Shown here piece by piece: positions 1 through 8,724 of a stretch of 64,000 nt of DNA. Origin of the DNA: Nitrospira sp. (GTDB taxonomy: Bacteria > Nitrospirota > Nitrospiria > Nitrospirales > Nitrospiraceae). Made by a program: the position numbers and the translations under genes. Positions within the stretch are counted from its first letter, which is position 1, and every line of letters starts with the position of its first letter. Under the pieces are notes generated by a model. That model made no database searches. It had not been told where the DNA came from and worked only from the letters and a program-made list of their open reading frames with translations. Location of the stretch: the NCBI GenBank assembly GCA_033852435.1, contig JAWOMO010000022.1, positions 91,448 through 155,447 of the forward strand. The letters run 5' to 3'.

Positions 1-1173
1 ATCGGCAGCAACACGGAAAATCTGCTTCGCAGTGCGCCCTGTAACGTCCTCGTCTCGAACCGCAAGTACGTGCCGCCGATCGATACGCAAGCCGAATACA
101 CGATCGCCTGGACGGAAGAGGCTCTGCGCCGGATGGAAAAGATCCCTGTGTTCGCCCGCGGTGTTGCGAAGACCGCCATTCACCGTTATGCGATCGAAAA
201 GGGCCATACGATCATCAGCAATACGGTTGTGGATGCAGCGGTCGGCCATATCCTGCCCAAAGGCGCCATGGATGCCATGCGCGCGCTCGGTGGCAGTCTA
301 GAGGCGGCCGGCATCGACCGGGACAAGATGCAAGCGGATGACTCCGTGGCGAAGGACCTCATGGGCTCGACGCTCAGCGGCATGATGACCGAAATCGTGG
401 AAGAGAAGCCGACCGTCAGTGCAGGCACTCAGGCCTATTTGGATCGGATGACTCAGAATTACTTCGTCTGTGACGGCTGCGGCTACATCGGCAAGGGCGA
501 GACGCCAGTGAAGTGCCCGGTGTGCGGTGCGGAAGCGGCTCGGTTCAAACAGGTCGACAAGAGCATCTTTGAAGCAGCGGCGAAGGCGGAAGGCGGGGTC
601 GAAACCGATGTAGCCTACGACGATGTGCCGATGCAGTGGACGAAGGACGCGAAGGAAGCGATCCGTGCCGTGCCGGCGGGGTTCCAGCGTCGCCGCGCCA
701 AAGCCAAGATCGAAAAGACGGCACGCAAACTCGGGATGACCACGATCACGCTGGAATATGCCGCCCCCATGATCAAAGAGGCTGCTTCAGAAGACTACCA
801 GCCGATTTTCGCGAACAAGGGTGGCGGAACATCCGCAGAAGCCGAAGCGAAGTTGGCGGCCGTCAACGGCAACGGCACTCATGAGAATGGTAATGGAAGT
901 GGAAACGGCCAGGCTGAAGCCTCCCCCTATACCTGGACCACCGATGCCCAAGCGAGGTTGGATCGTGCACCGGAGGGTTTCATGCGGGATTGCACGAAGG
1001 CACTGATCATCAAGCACGCGGACAAGATCGGCACCACCCTCATCACGTTGGAAGTCGCCAACGAAGGGATCGAGCAGGCCAAGGGCTATATGGAAGAGGC
1101 CATGAAGACCGGCAACCTCAAGGACATGATCGCCAACCTTACCGGCAAAGCCAAGTCCGGGGCCAGTCACTGA
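1..1173 (+). CDS. Multidomain protein with its 5' end off-window: USP-like C-terminus, three PCP_red-like repeats and a rubredoxin-type zinc ribbon
   Basis: Frame 1 is open from nt 1 (IGSNTENLLRSAPCNVLVSN resembles a universal-stress-protein C-terminus), so the track ORF 70..1173 is an internal piece. It has three repeats of the W-T-x-x-A...P.F.R...IE..A...G...IT type (AWTEEALRRMEKIPVFARG, QWTKDAKEAIRAVPAGFQRR, TWTTDAQARLDRAPEGFMRD), as in the ChlB/BchB C-terminal PCP_red domain. A CDGCGY...CPVCG zinc ribbon and an NG-rich linker are also present. Confidence 0.75.
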   Translation: MGSNTENLLRSAPCNVLVSNRKYVPPIDTQAEYTIAWTEEALRRMEKIPVFARGVAKTAIHRYAIEKGHTIISNTVVDAAVGHILPKGAMDAMRALGGSLEAAGIDRDKMQADDSVAKDLMGSTLSGMMTEIVEEKPTVSAGTQAYLDRMTQNYFVCDGCGYIGKGETPVKCPVCGAEAARFKQVDKSIFEAAAKAEGGVETDVAYDDVPMQWTKDAKEAIRAVPAGFQRRRAKAKIEKTARKLGMTTITLEYAAPMIKEAASEDYQPIFANKGGGTSAEAEAKLAAVNGNGTHENGNGSGNGQAEASPYTWTTDAQARLDRAPEGFMRDCTKALIIKHADKIGTTLITLEVANEGIEQAKGYMEEAMKTGNLKDMIANLTGKAKSGASH

Positions 1174-2567
1174 TGGGGAAATCGCTGCCGATCCTGAACA
1201 TCCCGACTTTGCCGGGAGCGCTCGGATCGTTTCAACAACAGATCACGCAGTTCTTTACGCCCACCCCACAGGGCGAAGGCCCTTACGACGGCCGGACCGT
1301 CGACGACTTCAAGCCCTATCTCGTCGCGCTGAACCTCACCAAACGTTGCAACCTCAAATGCGACCATTGCTACCTCGACGCAACGACGAAATCCGCCGGA
1401 GGAGACGACGAACTCTCGACTGAAGAATGCTACCGGCTCATCAATCAGATCGCTGAGGTCAACAAAGGCTGCTTGCTCGTCATCACCGGCGGTGAGCCCT
1501 TGGTGCGACCCGATATCCTGGATATCGCGCGGCATGCCGTGAAGCTCGGTTTCATGGTCGTCTTCGGCACCAACGGTATGTTGATCGACGATCAGATGGC
1601 TAAAACCCTGGTGGAGATCGGCGTCATGGGGGTCGGCATCAGCATCGATTCACTCGATCCCGCCAAGCATAACTCCTTCCGCGGCGTCCCCGGAGCCTGG
1701 GAAGCAGCTATCGCCGGCATCGAAGCCAGCAAGCGCAATGGCCTCCAGTTCCAAGTCCACTTCAGCGCTCAGCCCATGAATTATCAGGAGCTTCCTTCCG
1801 TCGTGGAATGGTCCCATGGCCTCGGCGCCCGTGTCTTGAACGTCTTCTTCATGGTTTGCACAGGCCGTGGCGAAGAGCTGACCGACATCACTCCGGCGCA
1901 GTACGAAGAGGTGCTCGGCTACCTCGTCAACTGCCAGGACAATTACAAAGGCATGCTGGTCCGCGCCCGTTGTGCGCCGCATTTCAAGCGGCTGGCCTAT
2001 GAAAAGGACCCCAACTCCCCGATCACGAAGGCGACGGGCTACATGGGCGGAGGCTGCCTCGCCGGCACTAACTATGCCCGCGTGACGCCGAATGGCGAGC
2101 TGACGCCTTGCCCCTACATGCCGCTTTCAGCCGGCAATGTCCGCCAGAATAGTTTTGTCGACCTCTGGGAAAAATCGGATATTTTCAACTCGTTCCGGTA
2201 TCCTCAGCTCAAAGGTAAATGCGGTGACTGCGAATACACCGATATCTGCGGCGGCTGTCGTGCCCGTCCCTATGTGGACCATGGGGATTGGCTGGATGAA
2301 GACCAGTGGTGTCTCTACACACCAAAGGGCGGCGAAAAGATTAAAGTTGCCTTCAATATTCAAGAAGAGACCGAAGTCTCCTGGGACGAGGCCTCAGCTC
2401 TGCGGCTCAGCCGCATTCCCTATTTCCTCCGTGCGATGGTCAAGAAGGGCGTGGAAAAGCACGCCCGTGAAAACGGCATTTCGACGGTGACCATCGAGTT
2501 GATGGAAGAACTTCGCAAGAAACGGTTTGGGAACGACGCGCCGGTCTTTAAATTTGACAAGCCATGA
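1173..2567 (+). CDS. Radical SAM / SPASM-domain protein (NirJ/AhbD-like) with a C-terminal PCP_red-like repeat
   Basis: I moved the start to ATG 1173, which forms an ATGA overlap with the upstream stop. It carries CNLKCDHCY (CxxxCxxC), TGGEPL and FGTNG motifs. The Cys-rich auxiliary-cluster region is CGDCEYTDICGGCRARPY. The C-terminal SWDEASALRLSRIPYFLRAMVKKGVEKHARENGISTVTIE repeats the domain seen three times in the upstream gene. Confidence 0.85.
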   Translation: MGKSLPILNIPTLPGALGSFQQQITQFFTPTPQGEGPYDGRTVDDFKPYLVALNLTKRCNLKCDHCYLDATTKSAGGDDELSTEECYRLINQIAEVNKGCLLVITGGEPLVRPDILDIARHAVKLGFMVVFGTNGMLIDDQMAKTLVEIGVMGVGISIDSLDPAKHNSFRGVPGAWEAAIAGIEASKRNGLQFQVHFSAQPMNYQELPSVVEWSHGLGARVLNVFFMVCTGRGEELTDITPAQYEEVLGYLVNCQDNYKGMLVRARCAPHFKRLAYEKDPNSPITKATGYMGGGCLAGTNYARVTPNGELTPCPYMPLSAGNVRQNSFVDLWEKSDIFNSFRYPQLKGKCGDCEYTDICGGCRARPYVDHGDWLDEDQWCLYTPKGGEKIKVAFNIQEETEVSWDEASALRLSRIPYFLRAMVKKGVEKHARENGISTVTIELMEELRKKRFGNDAPVFKFDKP

Positions 2568-2645
2568 CCGCTATCGGCCGTCAGCTCTCGGCTCGGAGAG
2601 CAGACTGACCTCTTGGCTGAACGCTGATTGCTGAAAGCTACTCGC

Positions 2646-3155
2646 ATGGACGCCTTACAGAGCATTGCCACTGATCTCAACACCCTCATCCCGATCCTCA
2701 ATCATTGGTTTCATCTGTTGTCGGCGGTGATCTGGATCGGCGGGCTGGCCTTCCTCGTCATGGCCGTCACCCCCGGTTTGCAGAAGGCCGTTGCGAAGGA
2801 GCAGATCAAGCCCATTACGGACATTTTTTATCGGTACTACAAGAAGGTGGCAGGGATTCTGTTGGTTGTCTTGTTATTTACGGGGGGGATTAATCTCCAT
2901 TACGTGAATCAGGTTCTCACGTCTCAAACCGGCAGCGGCGTACAGCACCACGCCAAATACCTCACGGTCTTTTTCGTCAAGCTCGCCCTCGTGCTCGGCC
3001 TCTTAACCTTGTTCCTCTATACGGTGATCTTTAAATCAGATGACGAGGCGGAAGAGGGCGAGTCTTACGAAGTGATTCCCTTCCAGCGTGCCGCCCTTTG
3101 GATGGGTTTCTTCATCATTCTCTGCGCCGCCGCGATGAAGCATCTGCATCAGTAG
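2646..3155 (+). CDS. Four-TM membrane protein, CopD/HemJ-like (tentative)
   Basis: There are four hydrophobic helices (LLSAVIWIGGLAFLVMAV, VAGILLVVLLFTGGI, VFFVKLALVLGLLTLFLYTVI, LWMGFFIILCAAA). The H..LSAVIW.GG motif resembles the CopD family. ATG 2646 is preferred over TTG 2628. Confidence 0.6.
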   Translation: MDALQSIATDLNTLIPILNHWFHLLSAVIWIGGLAFLVMAVTPGLQKAVAKEQIKPITDIFYRYYKKVAGILLVVLLFTGGINLHYVNQVLTSQTGSGVQHHAKYLTVFFVKLALVLGLLTLFLYTVIFKSDDEAEEGESYEVIPFQRAALWMGFFIILCAAAMKHLHQ

Positions 3156-3689
3156 ATCAGTCAGATTCCCTCATTCCCTTCACCCGTCGTAGCCTATTTC
3201 CTGACGTATCTCTTCAGATAATGGCAGTATTGTTTCCGATACTGCTGTTCTCGACGCTGATCTTCCCATCTCGACGGCAAACCAACACAAAGTTTTTAAA
3301 CGCTAGACAGTTCAAGCGCTTGCCTCTTCTCCTTCCTTCTGGCGCGATGAGTTATGACGCTGGTACAGGCGTTGCTGAGAGTACCGCAGCAACTCATTGA
3401 GAACCAGACCATGGCGGCGATCACGAGTTGGACTTCCATTGGCAAGGTACGGCGCCGACGGACCCCCATGAGGACAGGGAAGCCTCTGTCGCGATTGTGG
3501 GATGACCTCCGGATCATGCCCATCTGGAGCGATGCCGTCGCCACGTATTTCTGCCATCCCGGCCGCGTGTCTGCCCTCAGTCGGCGCTCGGCCTCCCAGC
3601 CAATCCAAGAACATCTTCTTTTCTGGGCCTGTGCGTTCCCAAATTCAGGCAAGCCGAGCCCATTTCACCAGATAGTGAAGGAGGTACCT

Positions 3690-4100
3690 ATGACAATGAT
3701 CTCTCAGGCAACGCCCACTGCCGCAGAGGAAAAACTCCAACGCGCAATGCACCTCAGCGGAACGCCAGTGATCAGAGCTATTGAAGCAAAGCCTCGAATG
3801 GTTCGATTGACCGTCAATCTGCCATCGGATCTCGTTGAGAAAATGCGCGACGCGGTCTACTGGACTCCGGGACTCACGCTTGCCTGGATGATTGCACGAT
3901 CTGTCCGCACATCTCTGGCTGAACTGGAACAGGCTCACCAGGGTCCCTTTCCCAAACGCTCCAAACCGCTCCGTGCCGGTCGGCCTCGATTGGTTGGCCA
4001 ATCGATGAAGGTCCAGGCTCAACCGTCCAACAGCAGAGGAACATCATCGGGGGACCGCTCCATGCAAGCCCGCGTGGTTTCAGAACCGTTGAAGGAGTGA
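3690..4100 (+). CDS. Small DNA-binding-like protein (ribbon-helix-helix / ParB-C-like tail), function tentative
   Basis: ATG 3690 lies 5 nt after GAAGGAGG. The upstream 336 nt of the track ORF 3354..4100 lacks coding character. VRLTVNLPSDLVEKMRDAV looks like an RHH strand-helix start. The tail PFPKRSKPLRAGRP resembles ParA-associated centromere-binding proteins as I recall them. Confidence 0.5.
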   Translation: MTMISQATPTAAEEKLQRAMHLSGTPVIRAIEAKPRMVRLTVNLPSDLVEKMRDAVYWTPGLTLAWMIARSVRTSLAELEQAHQGPFPKRSKPLRAGRPRLVGQSMKVQAQPSNSRGTSSGDRSMQARVVSEPLKE

Positions 4101-4606
4101 TCTCCCCTCTCGATGGTTTGCTCATCCCTGACAGAGAAAGGACCGATGTGTTGGCCATGCAGAAGGCAGCAGTTGTGACATCCTCTCCCCAGAAGAAGCG
4201 GTTCGAGCAGCCTGAGGTCCTGATCGTAGACGACGATCCCGACTTACAGATTATCCTGCATGATCTCCTCGAGTCCGAAGGCTATGCAGTGACTGAGGCC
4301 TCGACGTGCCGAGAAGCTTTGCTGCACACTCAGACAAAATCCTTCGACGCTGTGCTGCTTGATATCGGACTACCGGACGGAGATGGCGTATCGGTTCTCA
4401 ACCATTTGCAGGAAACTAGTCCGTCCCTCTCTGTCATCATGCTCACAGCAGCCACATCGACCGACTTGCGCGCCGATGTGCTCGCTCAAGGCGCCTTCTC
4501 CTTCCTCTCGAAACCTTACAGTCATAACGAGCTTCGCCTGTTAGTTCGTCAGGCGATCGGAACGACTGCCAGCGACAGACCCACCGGCAAGCGTACGAGT
4601 CATTAG
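4097..4606 (+). CDS. Stand-alone response regulator receiver (CheY-like)
   Basis: Motifs VLIVDDDPDL, AVLLDIGLPDGDG, VIMLTA and LSKPY give the acidic pocket, phospho-acceptor Asp, and Thr and Lys of a receiver domain. No output domain is present. GTG 4097 overlaps the upstream stop (GTGA); ATG 4157 is an alternative start. Confidence 0.8.
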   Translation: MISPLDGLLIPDRERTDVLAMQKAAVVTSSPQKKRFEQPEVLIVDDDPDLQIILHDLLESEGYAVTEASTCREALLHTQTKSFDAVLLDIGLPDGDGVSVLNHLQETSPSLSVIMLTAATSTDLRADVLAQGAFSFLSKPYSHNELRLLVRQAIGTTASDRPTGKRTSH

Positions 4607-4640
4607 CCGACCAGCTTGGAGGCCAGGCTGAACCGATTAC

Positions 4641-4672
4641 GGTGGTGTCCGCCTGGAATCTCGGACACCACC
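4641..4672. terminator. Strong hairpin between convergent genes (possible bidirectional terminator)
   Basis: GGTGGTGTCCG (4641-4651) and CGGACACCACC (4662-4672) form a perfect 11-bp stem with a 10-nt loop. It sits between the stop at 4606 (+) and the stop at 4709 (-). No flanking U-tract is present. Confidence 0.5.
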
Positions 4673-4708
4673 CATGCAGATGTGAACGTGAAGTGAGGGA
4701 CAGAGATG

Positions 4709-5473
4709 TCAGCTGGACCGATGTGAAGCGGACCAGGCTCGCTTGAACACACCTCGAATTCCAAAGTAGGCAAAGGAGTCTTTGAGGTTGGAATAGAGCC
4801 GCTTGAACGGTCCCATCTCCGGATTCGTGACATATTCCATGGTCAAGGCAATCCGTTCTTCGCCCTGGCCGAGCGGCGTGACTGCATGCCAGAGTTTATC
4901 CCCGTTAAAAATCACCAGATCCCCTGGTTGCGTCACAAGCTCCATCTTTCGTGGTGTCTTCACCGGATCATCTTTGAACAGTTCGCAAACCAGTTTGCAT
5001 TGAGTGGACTTGTCGACGAGTCCCATGAGGATCGTGTAACGAGCTCCCTTGTAGTAGGAGGTATCATAGTGAAAGCCGATGTGATCGCCCGGTTCAGTGT
5101 AGTAGTAGAGCGCGCAGGAATGGGGATCGTTATCGGGGCAAAGCATGAGTTTGGCCTCGACCAACCGGCTGAGGAAATTCAGGAACGCAGGCGAGCGGTA
5201 TAAATCAAGAAAGAGCGGGGCTTTGTCTTGCACCGTATAGTAGCTGACGCTCCCTCCCTTCTTGTGGCCCGGAATAAAATTGCGATTCAAATCTCCCTTC
5301 ACCCCCTGGGCTTGCGGGACAAGGGTTGCTTCGACAAACGCGCGCGGAAGAAATTGCGGAATGAACAGGAACTCATTCTGCTCCCAGTACTCTCGATGTA
5401 ATCGATCAACATCCAACCTGGCAACGGCTTGATCCGTCGCTTCAGCGACCTGGCTCAACACCGCAGTACTCAT
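4709..5473 (-). CDS. Fe(II)/2-oxoglutarate-dependent oxygenase superfamily protein
   Basis: It has an HxD...H facial triad (GFHYDTS, KLWHAVTP) and a downstream Arg (ERIALTMEY) in a ~250-aa protein. The substrate is unknown. Confidence 0.6.
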   Translation of the reverse strand: MSTAVLSQVAEATDQAVARLDVDRLHREYWEQNEFLFIPQFLPRAFVEATLVPQAQGVKGDLNRNFIPGHKKGGSVSYYTVQDKAPLFLDLYRSPAFLNFLSRLVEAKLMLCPDNDPHSCALYYYTEPGDHIGFHYDTSYYKGARYTILMGLVDKSTQCKLVCELFKDDPVKTPRKMELVTQPGDLVIFNGDKLWHAVTPLGQGEERIALTMEYVTNPEMGPFKRLYSNLKDSFAYFGIRGVFKRAWSASHRSS

Positions 5474-5519
5474 ATCCGCTGCTCCTCCGGCTCTCTTTGG
5501 AATATGTCAATGCCCGCTA

Positions 5520-6230
5520 TCATGGCTGGTTCAAGATGGGCGCCTTCACGACTTCGACATCTGCTGGCAGCTTCGGGTTGAAGACGTCGTCGCCAAGCCC
5601 AACGTTCGTCTGCAACGAGGAAAACTCGAAATTCGAGACATTACCGCTGATCTCATAGAGAGAGACCGTACGAATGTAATAGGTCTTTGGAAACACTTCC
5701 ACCACAATCTTCTGAAGGGTTCGGTGCGCCTCACCCTCGTGAGATTTTGGGAGCAGCATCAGGAGTCGGATGCCTCCGACCCCCCGCCCTTTCCCGGGCG
5801 TCGGCTCTACATCAAACGACTCTTCCAGCTTCGCCGCGCCCTGCAGGAGTTCCAGCGGGGCTTTCGACGCAGCCATCTGGGTGAGCTTTCCAACTAACAC
5901 CTGTTTATGCTCGGGCACATAGACTTTGACGTCGTCACCTTGGACGTAGATATCTTCCGTTGAAGGGTCGAGATAGTTCCATCGCAGACGGCCCGGTTTC
6001 TTGATATAGACCTTCCCCGAGGAATTCATGGACCGTTCGAATCCCTCGATCGTGGTCTTTTGCGTGAAATCCGCCTGGAGATCTTTGGTTTTCTCATAGC
6101 GCGCCTGCAATCGTTTGACCACCTCGCGCACTTCTTTCCGCGCCTGCTCGTCTACCGCATCTTCTGCCAGGGCCACGGAGCCGAAAGTGAGCGCCAGTAG
6201 GACGGCGCCATGGATCCAGAAATGTTTCAT
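5520..6230 (-). CDS. lolA: Outer-membrane lipoprotein carrier protein LolA-like
   Basis: It has a signal peptide (MKHFWIHGAVLLALTFGSVALA), the LQADFTQ motif, the right size, and a position directly downstream of ftsK (4-nt overlap), as in many bacteria. Confidence 0.75.
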   Translation of the reverse strand: MKHFWIHGAVLLALTFGSVALAEDAVDEQARKEVREVVKRLQARYEKTKDLQADFTQKTTIEGFERSMNSSGKVYIKKPGRLRWNYLDPSTEDIYVQGDDVKVYVPEHKQVLVGKLTQMAASKAPLELLQGAAKLEESFDVEPTPGKGRGVGGIRLLMLLPKSHEGEAHRTLQKIVVEVFPKTYYIRTVSLYEISGNVSNFEFSSLQTNVGLGDDVFNPKLPADVEVVKAPILNQP

Positions 6231-8650
6231 CCTTGCGCGTCCCCTACCGGTCCACGCCGTCCGATGACTTCTCGACGGCCGTCTCGACCGGCCGCGCCGA
6301 CGAGCCCATCTGCTTCCATCTGTTCGATCATCCTCGCTGCACGAGGATAGCCGACCCGAAGACGGCGCTGAATCAACGAGGCCGACGCCTGCCCCGTCGA
6401 CAATACCAAATCCTTGGCCTGTTCATAGACTTCGTCTTGCGCCTCTTCCTCTTTCGCCTCTTCCTGTTTCAAGGACTGCAGCTCTTGGTTGTAACTGGGC
6501 AGAGCCTGTTTCTTGATAAACTCGACAACCCGACGGACATCGTCATCGGAGACGAATGAACCGTGCAGCCGCATCAGACGCCCTGTTCCCGAGGCCAGAT
6601 AGAGCATGTCCCCGCGCCCCAGCAATGCTTCGGCTCCATTGGCATCCAGGATGGTACGGGAGTCTGTCTTTGATGAGACTTGAAACGCGATGCGAGCAGG
6701 AAAGTTTGCCTTGATCAACCCGGTCAATACGTCAACCGACGGCCGTTGCGTGGCCAGCACGAGATGGATGCCAGAGGCCCGGGCCATTTGCGCCAAGCGG
6801 GCGATCTTGTCTTCGACGTCTTTTGGCGCCACCATCATCAAGTCGGCCAACTCGTCGATCATGATGACGATATAGGGCAAGGGTTCCGGCGGAGTCGGAG
6901 GCGGAGCGAACGAGCCTGGACTGCCTTCCGGAATAATCGTCTCACCGGCTGAAAGCCGCTCTTCCTCTGAAAGAAACTGAATCGGCAACTCCGGTTGATC
7001 CGGCTTCGTCTCCGTTCCGCTGTCGCCTGATACCCCCTGAGCCCCGGCGACCTTTCGATTATACGAATCGATGTTGCGAACCCCGGCTTCGGCCAGAAGT
7101 TTATAGCGACGCTCCATTTCCTGAACCACCCAACTCAAGCCGCGGGCCGCTGATTTCGGATCGGTAATGACAGGACGCAAGAGATGTGGAATGCCGTCAT
7201 AGGTCTGGAACTCCAGCATCTTCGGATCGATGAGCAGCAATTTCACTTCGTTCGGCCTGGCGGACAGTAAGATGCTGATCAACATCGTATTCAAGCCGAC
7301 GCTCTTTCCCGCCCCGGTCGCACCAGCAACGAGTAGGTGTGGCATGGTTTTGAGATCGGCGATCACGGGGGCCCCAAAAATATCCTTGCCGAGGGCAAGG
7401 GTGAGTTTGGATCGCGCCCTGGAAAAGGCTTCGCTGGTCGCCACTTCTTTCATGGAAACCATTTCACGTTGGGCATTTGGCACTTCGATCCCAACCACAG
7501 ACTTCCCCGGAATGGGCGCCACGATACGCAGACTGATGGCCTTCATCGCCAATGCCAGGTCGTCGGCTAAATTTACGATGCGCGCCACTTTTGTCCCTGG
7601 CGCCGGTTCGAACTCGTACATCGTGACTACAGGACCAGGTCGGACCTCCGTCACCTTGCCCTCGATCCCGAAACTCAACAGCGCCTTGGAGAGAATCTCC
7701 GATTGTGCCTTCAACTCCTCATCCGTCACACGGGAAAGTACGCCGGACGGCTCGCTCAGCAGTTCGTCCGGATCCGGCAGTTGATAATCGTCCGGATCTT
7801 CGATTTTCCCGCTCACCACTCCTTCAGGCTCAAATTCAGCGACATCCGGCTGTTCAGGCACAGCAACGAGTTGCGGCTGAATGAACGGCTCTACGGCAGG
7901 CTGTGCCTCTACCGGCTGTGGAATGACCTCTTCGATGACTGCTCGGATAGACTTCGATTTTTTCGGCTTGGATACTTTCAAAGGCTCCGTGACCGGCTCT
8001 TCATTCTTTCGTTCCGGGATCAGCGCACGGGTCGCTTCTAAGAGCTTACGCCCCCACTCGGGCACTTGGATCGCAATTTGCGCCAGCGATAAGGGGGTCG
8101 TAAAGAGGAGGGCAACGAGGAACCCTGCGATGATCAAAATATGCGCGCCGGTGCTGGCAAAATACACCCGCAATCCTTCGGCAAGAATTTGCCCGAATAG
8201 GCCGCCTGCCTGCCCACGAAACACCAACCCGCTCGACAGTGTCGGCACAGCCATCACTTCCAGATGGAGGAAGGCGCTGAGGAATAACAGAGCTCCAAGA
8301 GAGGCCCCAGCATTCCGTAAACGAATAGAAAGGTCGCTCTGGGTAAAACAGCGGATGCCCATCAACCCGAGCAGAATCGGGAACAGATAGGCGGCCCCGC
8401 CGATCAACGAAAAGAGCACGGAAGAGAACACGGCCCCGACCGATCCGATCAGATTGTGCGTTGGAGGCGAACCTGTCGACCCCGGTGTGGCCACGACTTT
8501 CGGCTCGCCGGGGACAAATGACAGCAAGCTCAGCAGTGTGAGCAGGCTCAGCGCGATCAAGACCACGCCGATGACTTCACGCCTGATGTGGGAAGGGGGA
8601 GCAGGGGCGCGGCGGGCCTCGCCCCGCTTGGCCGAGCTGGTTACGCCCAT
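6227..8650 (-). CDS. ftsK: DNA translocase FtsK
   Basis: It has N-terminal TM helices, a Pro/Glu-rich linker, Walker A LVAGATGAGKSVGLN, IVIMIDELADLMM, and a C-terminal winged-helix gamma domain (SASLIQRRLRVGYPRAARMIEQME). Confidence 0.95.
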   Translation of the reverse strand: MGVTSSAKRGEARRAPAPPSHIRREVIGVVLIALSLLTLLSLLSFVPGEPKVVATPGSTGSPPTHNLIGSVGAVFSSVLFSLIGGAAYLFPILLGLMGIRCFTQSDLSIRLRNAGASLGALLFLSAFLHLEVMAVPTLSSGLVFRGQAGGLFGQILAEGLRVYFASTGAHILIIAGFLVALLFTTPLSLAQIAIQVPEWGRKLLEATRALIPERKNEEPVTEPLKVSKPKKSKSIRAVIEEVIPQPVEAQPAVEPFIQPQLVAVPEQPDVAEFEPEGVVSGKIEDPDDYQLPDPDELLSEPSGVLSRVTDEELKAQSEILSKALLSFGIEGKVTEVRPGPVVTMYEFEPAPGTKVARIVNLADDLALAMKAISLRIVAPIPGKSVVGIEVPNAQREMVSMKEVATSEAFSRARSKLTLALGKDIFGAPVIADLKTMPHLLVAGATGAGKSVGLNTMLISILLSARPNEVKLLLIDPKMLEFQTYDGIPHLLRPVITDPKSAARGLSWVVQEMERRYKLLAEAGVRNIDSYNRKVAGAQGVSGDSGTETKPDQPELPIQFLSEEERLSAGETIIPEGSPGSFAPPPTPPEPLPYIVIMIDELADLMMVAPKDVEDKIARLAQMARASGIHLVLATQRPSVDVLTGLIKANFPARIAFQVSSKTDSRTILDANGAEALLGRGDMLYLASGTGRLMRLHGSFVSDDDVRRVVEFIKKQALPSYNQELQSLKQEEAKEEEAQDEVYEQAKDLVLSTGQASASLIQRRLRVGYPRAARMIEQMEADGLVGAAGRDGRREVIGRRGPVGDAQG

Positions 8651-8724
8651 GGAGCGGATGCTAACACAGGGGCAAAGTCAATTCAAACGCGGGGAGCCAT
8701 CATCCGGCCATCCCGCGCATGCCC

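Noticed and set aside
990-1172. The N-terminal 61 aa of the track ORF 990..2567 (MHEGTDHQARGQDRHHPHH...)
   Set aside because: It is Arg/His/Gln-rich and lies out of frame over the 3' end of the well-supported upstream gene. ATG 1173 with an ATGA stop-start overlap gives a normal radical SAM N-terminus.
3296-3652. ORFs of 100-118 aa on the minus strand (3296..3652, 3312..3614), and 3098..3400 on the plus strand, in the long spacer
   Set aside because: They overlap one another in different frames, lack ribosome-binding sites and motifs, and have an Arg/Ser/Pro bias. I treated them as non-coding, but flagged the spacer as a finding.
7605-7612. GGTTCGAA, a T-loop-like motif that could flag a tRNA
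   Set aside because: It lies inside the ftsK coding sequence, with no acceptor or anticodon stems around it. I found no tRNA, rRNA, tmRNA or RNase P-like sequence anywhere in the window by eye.
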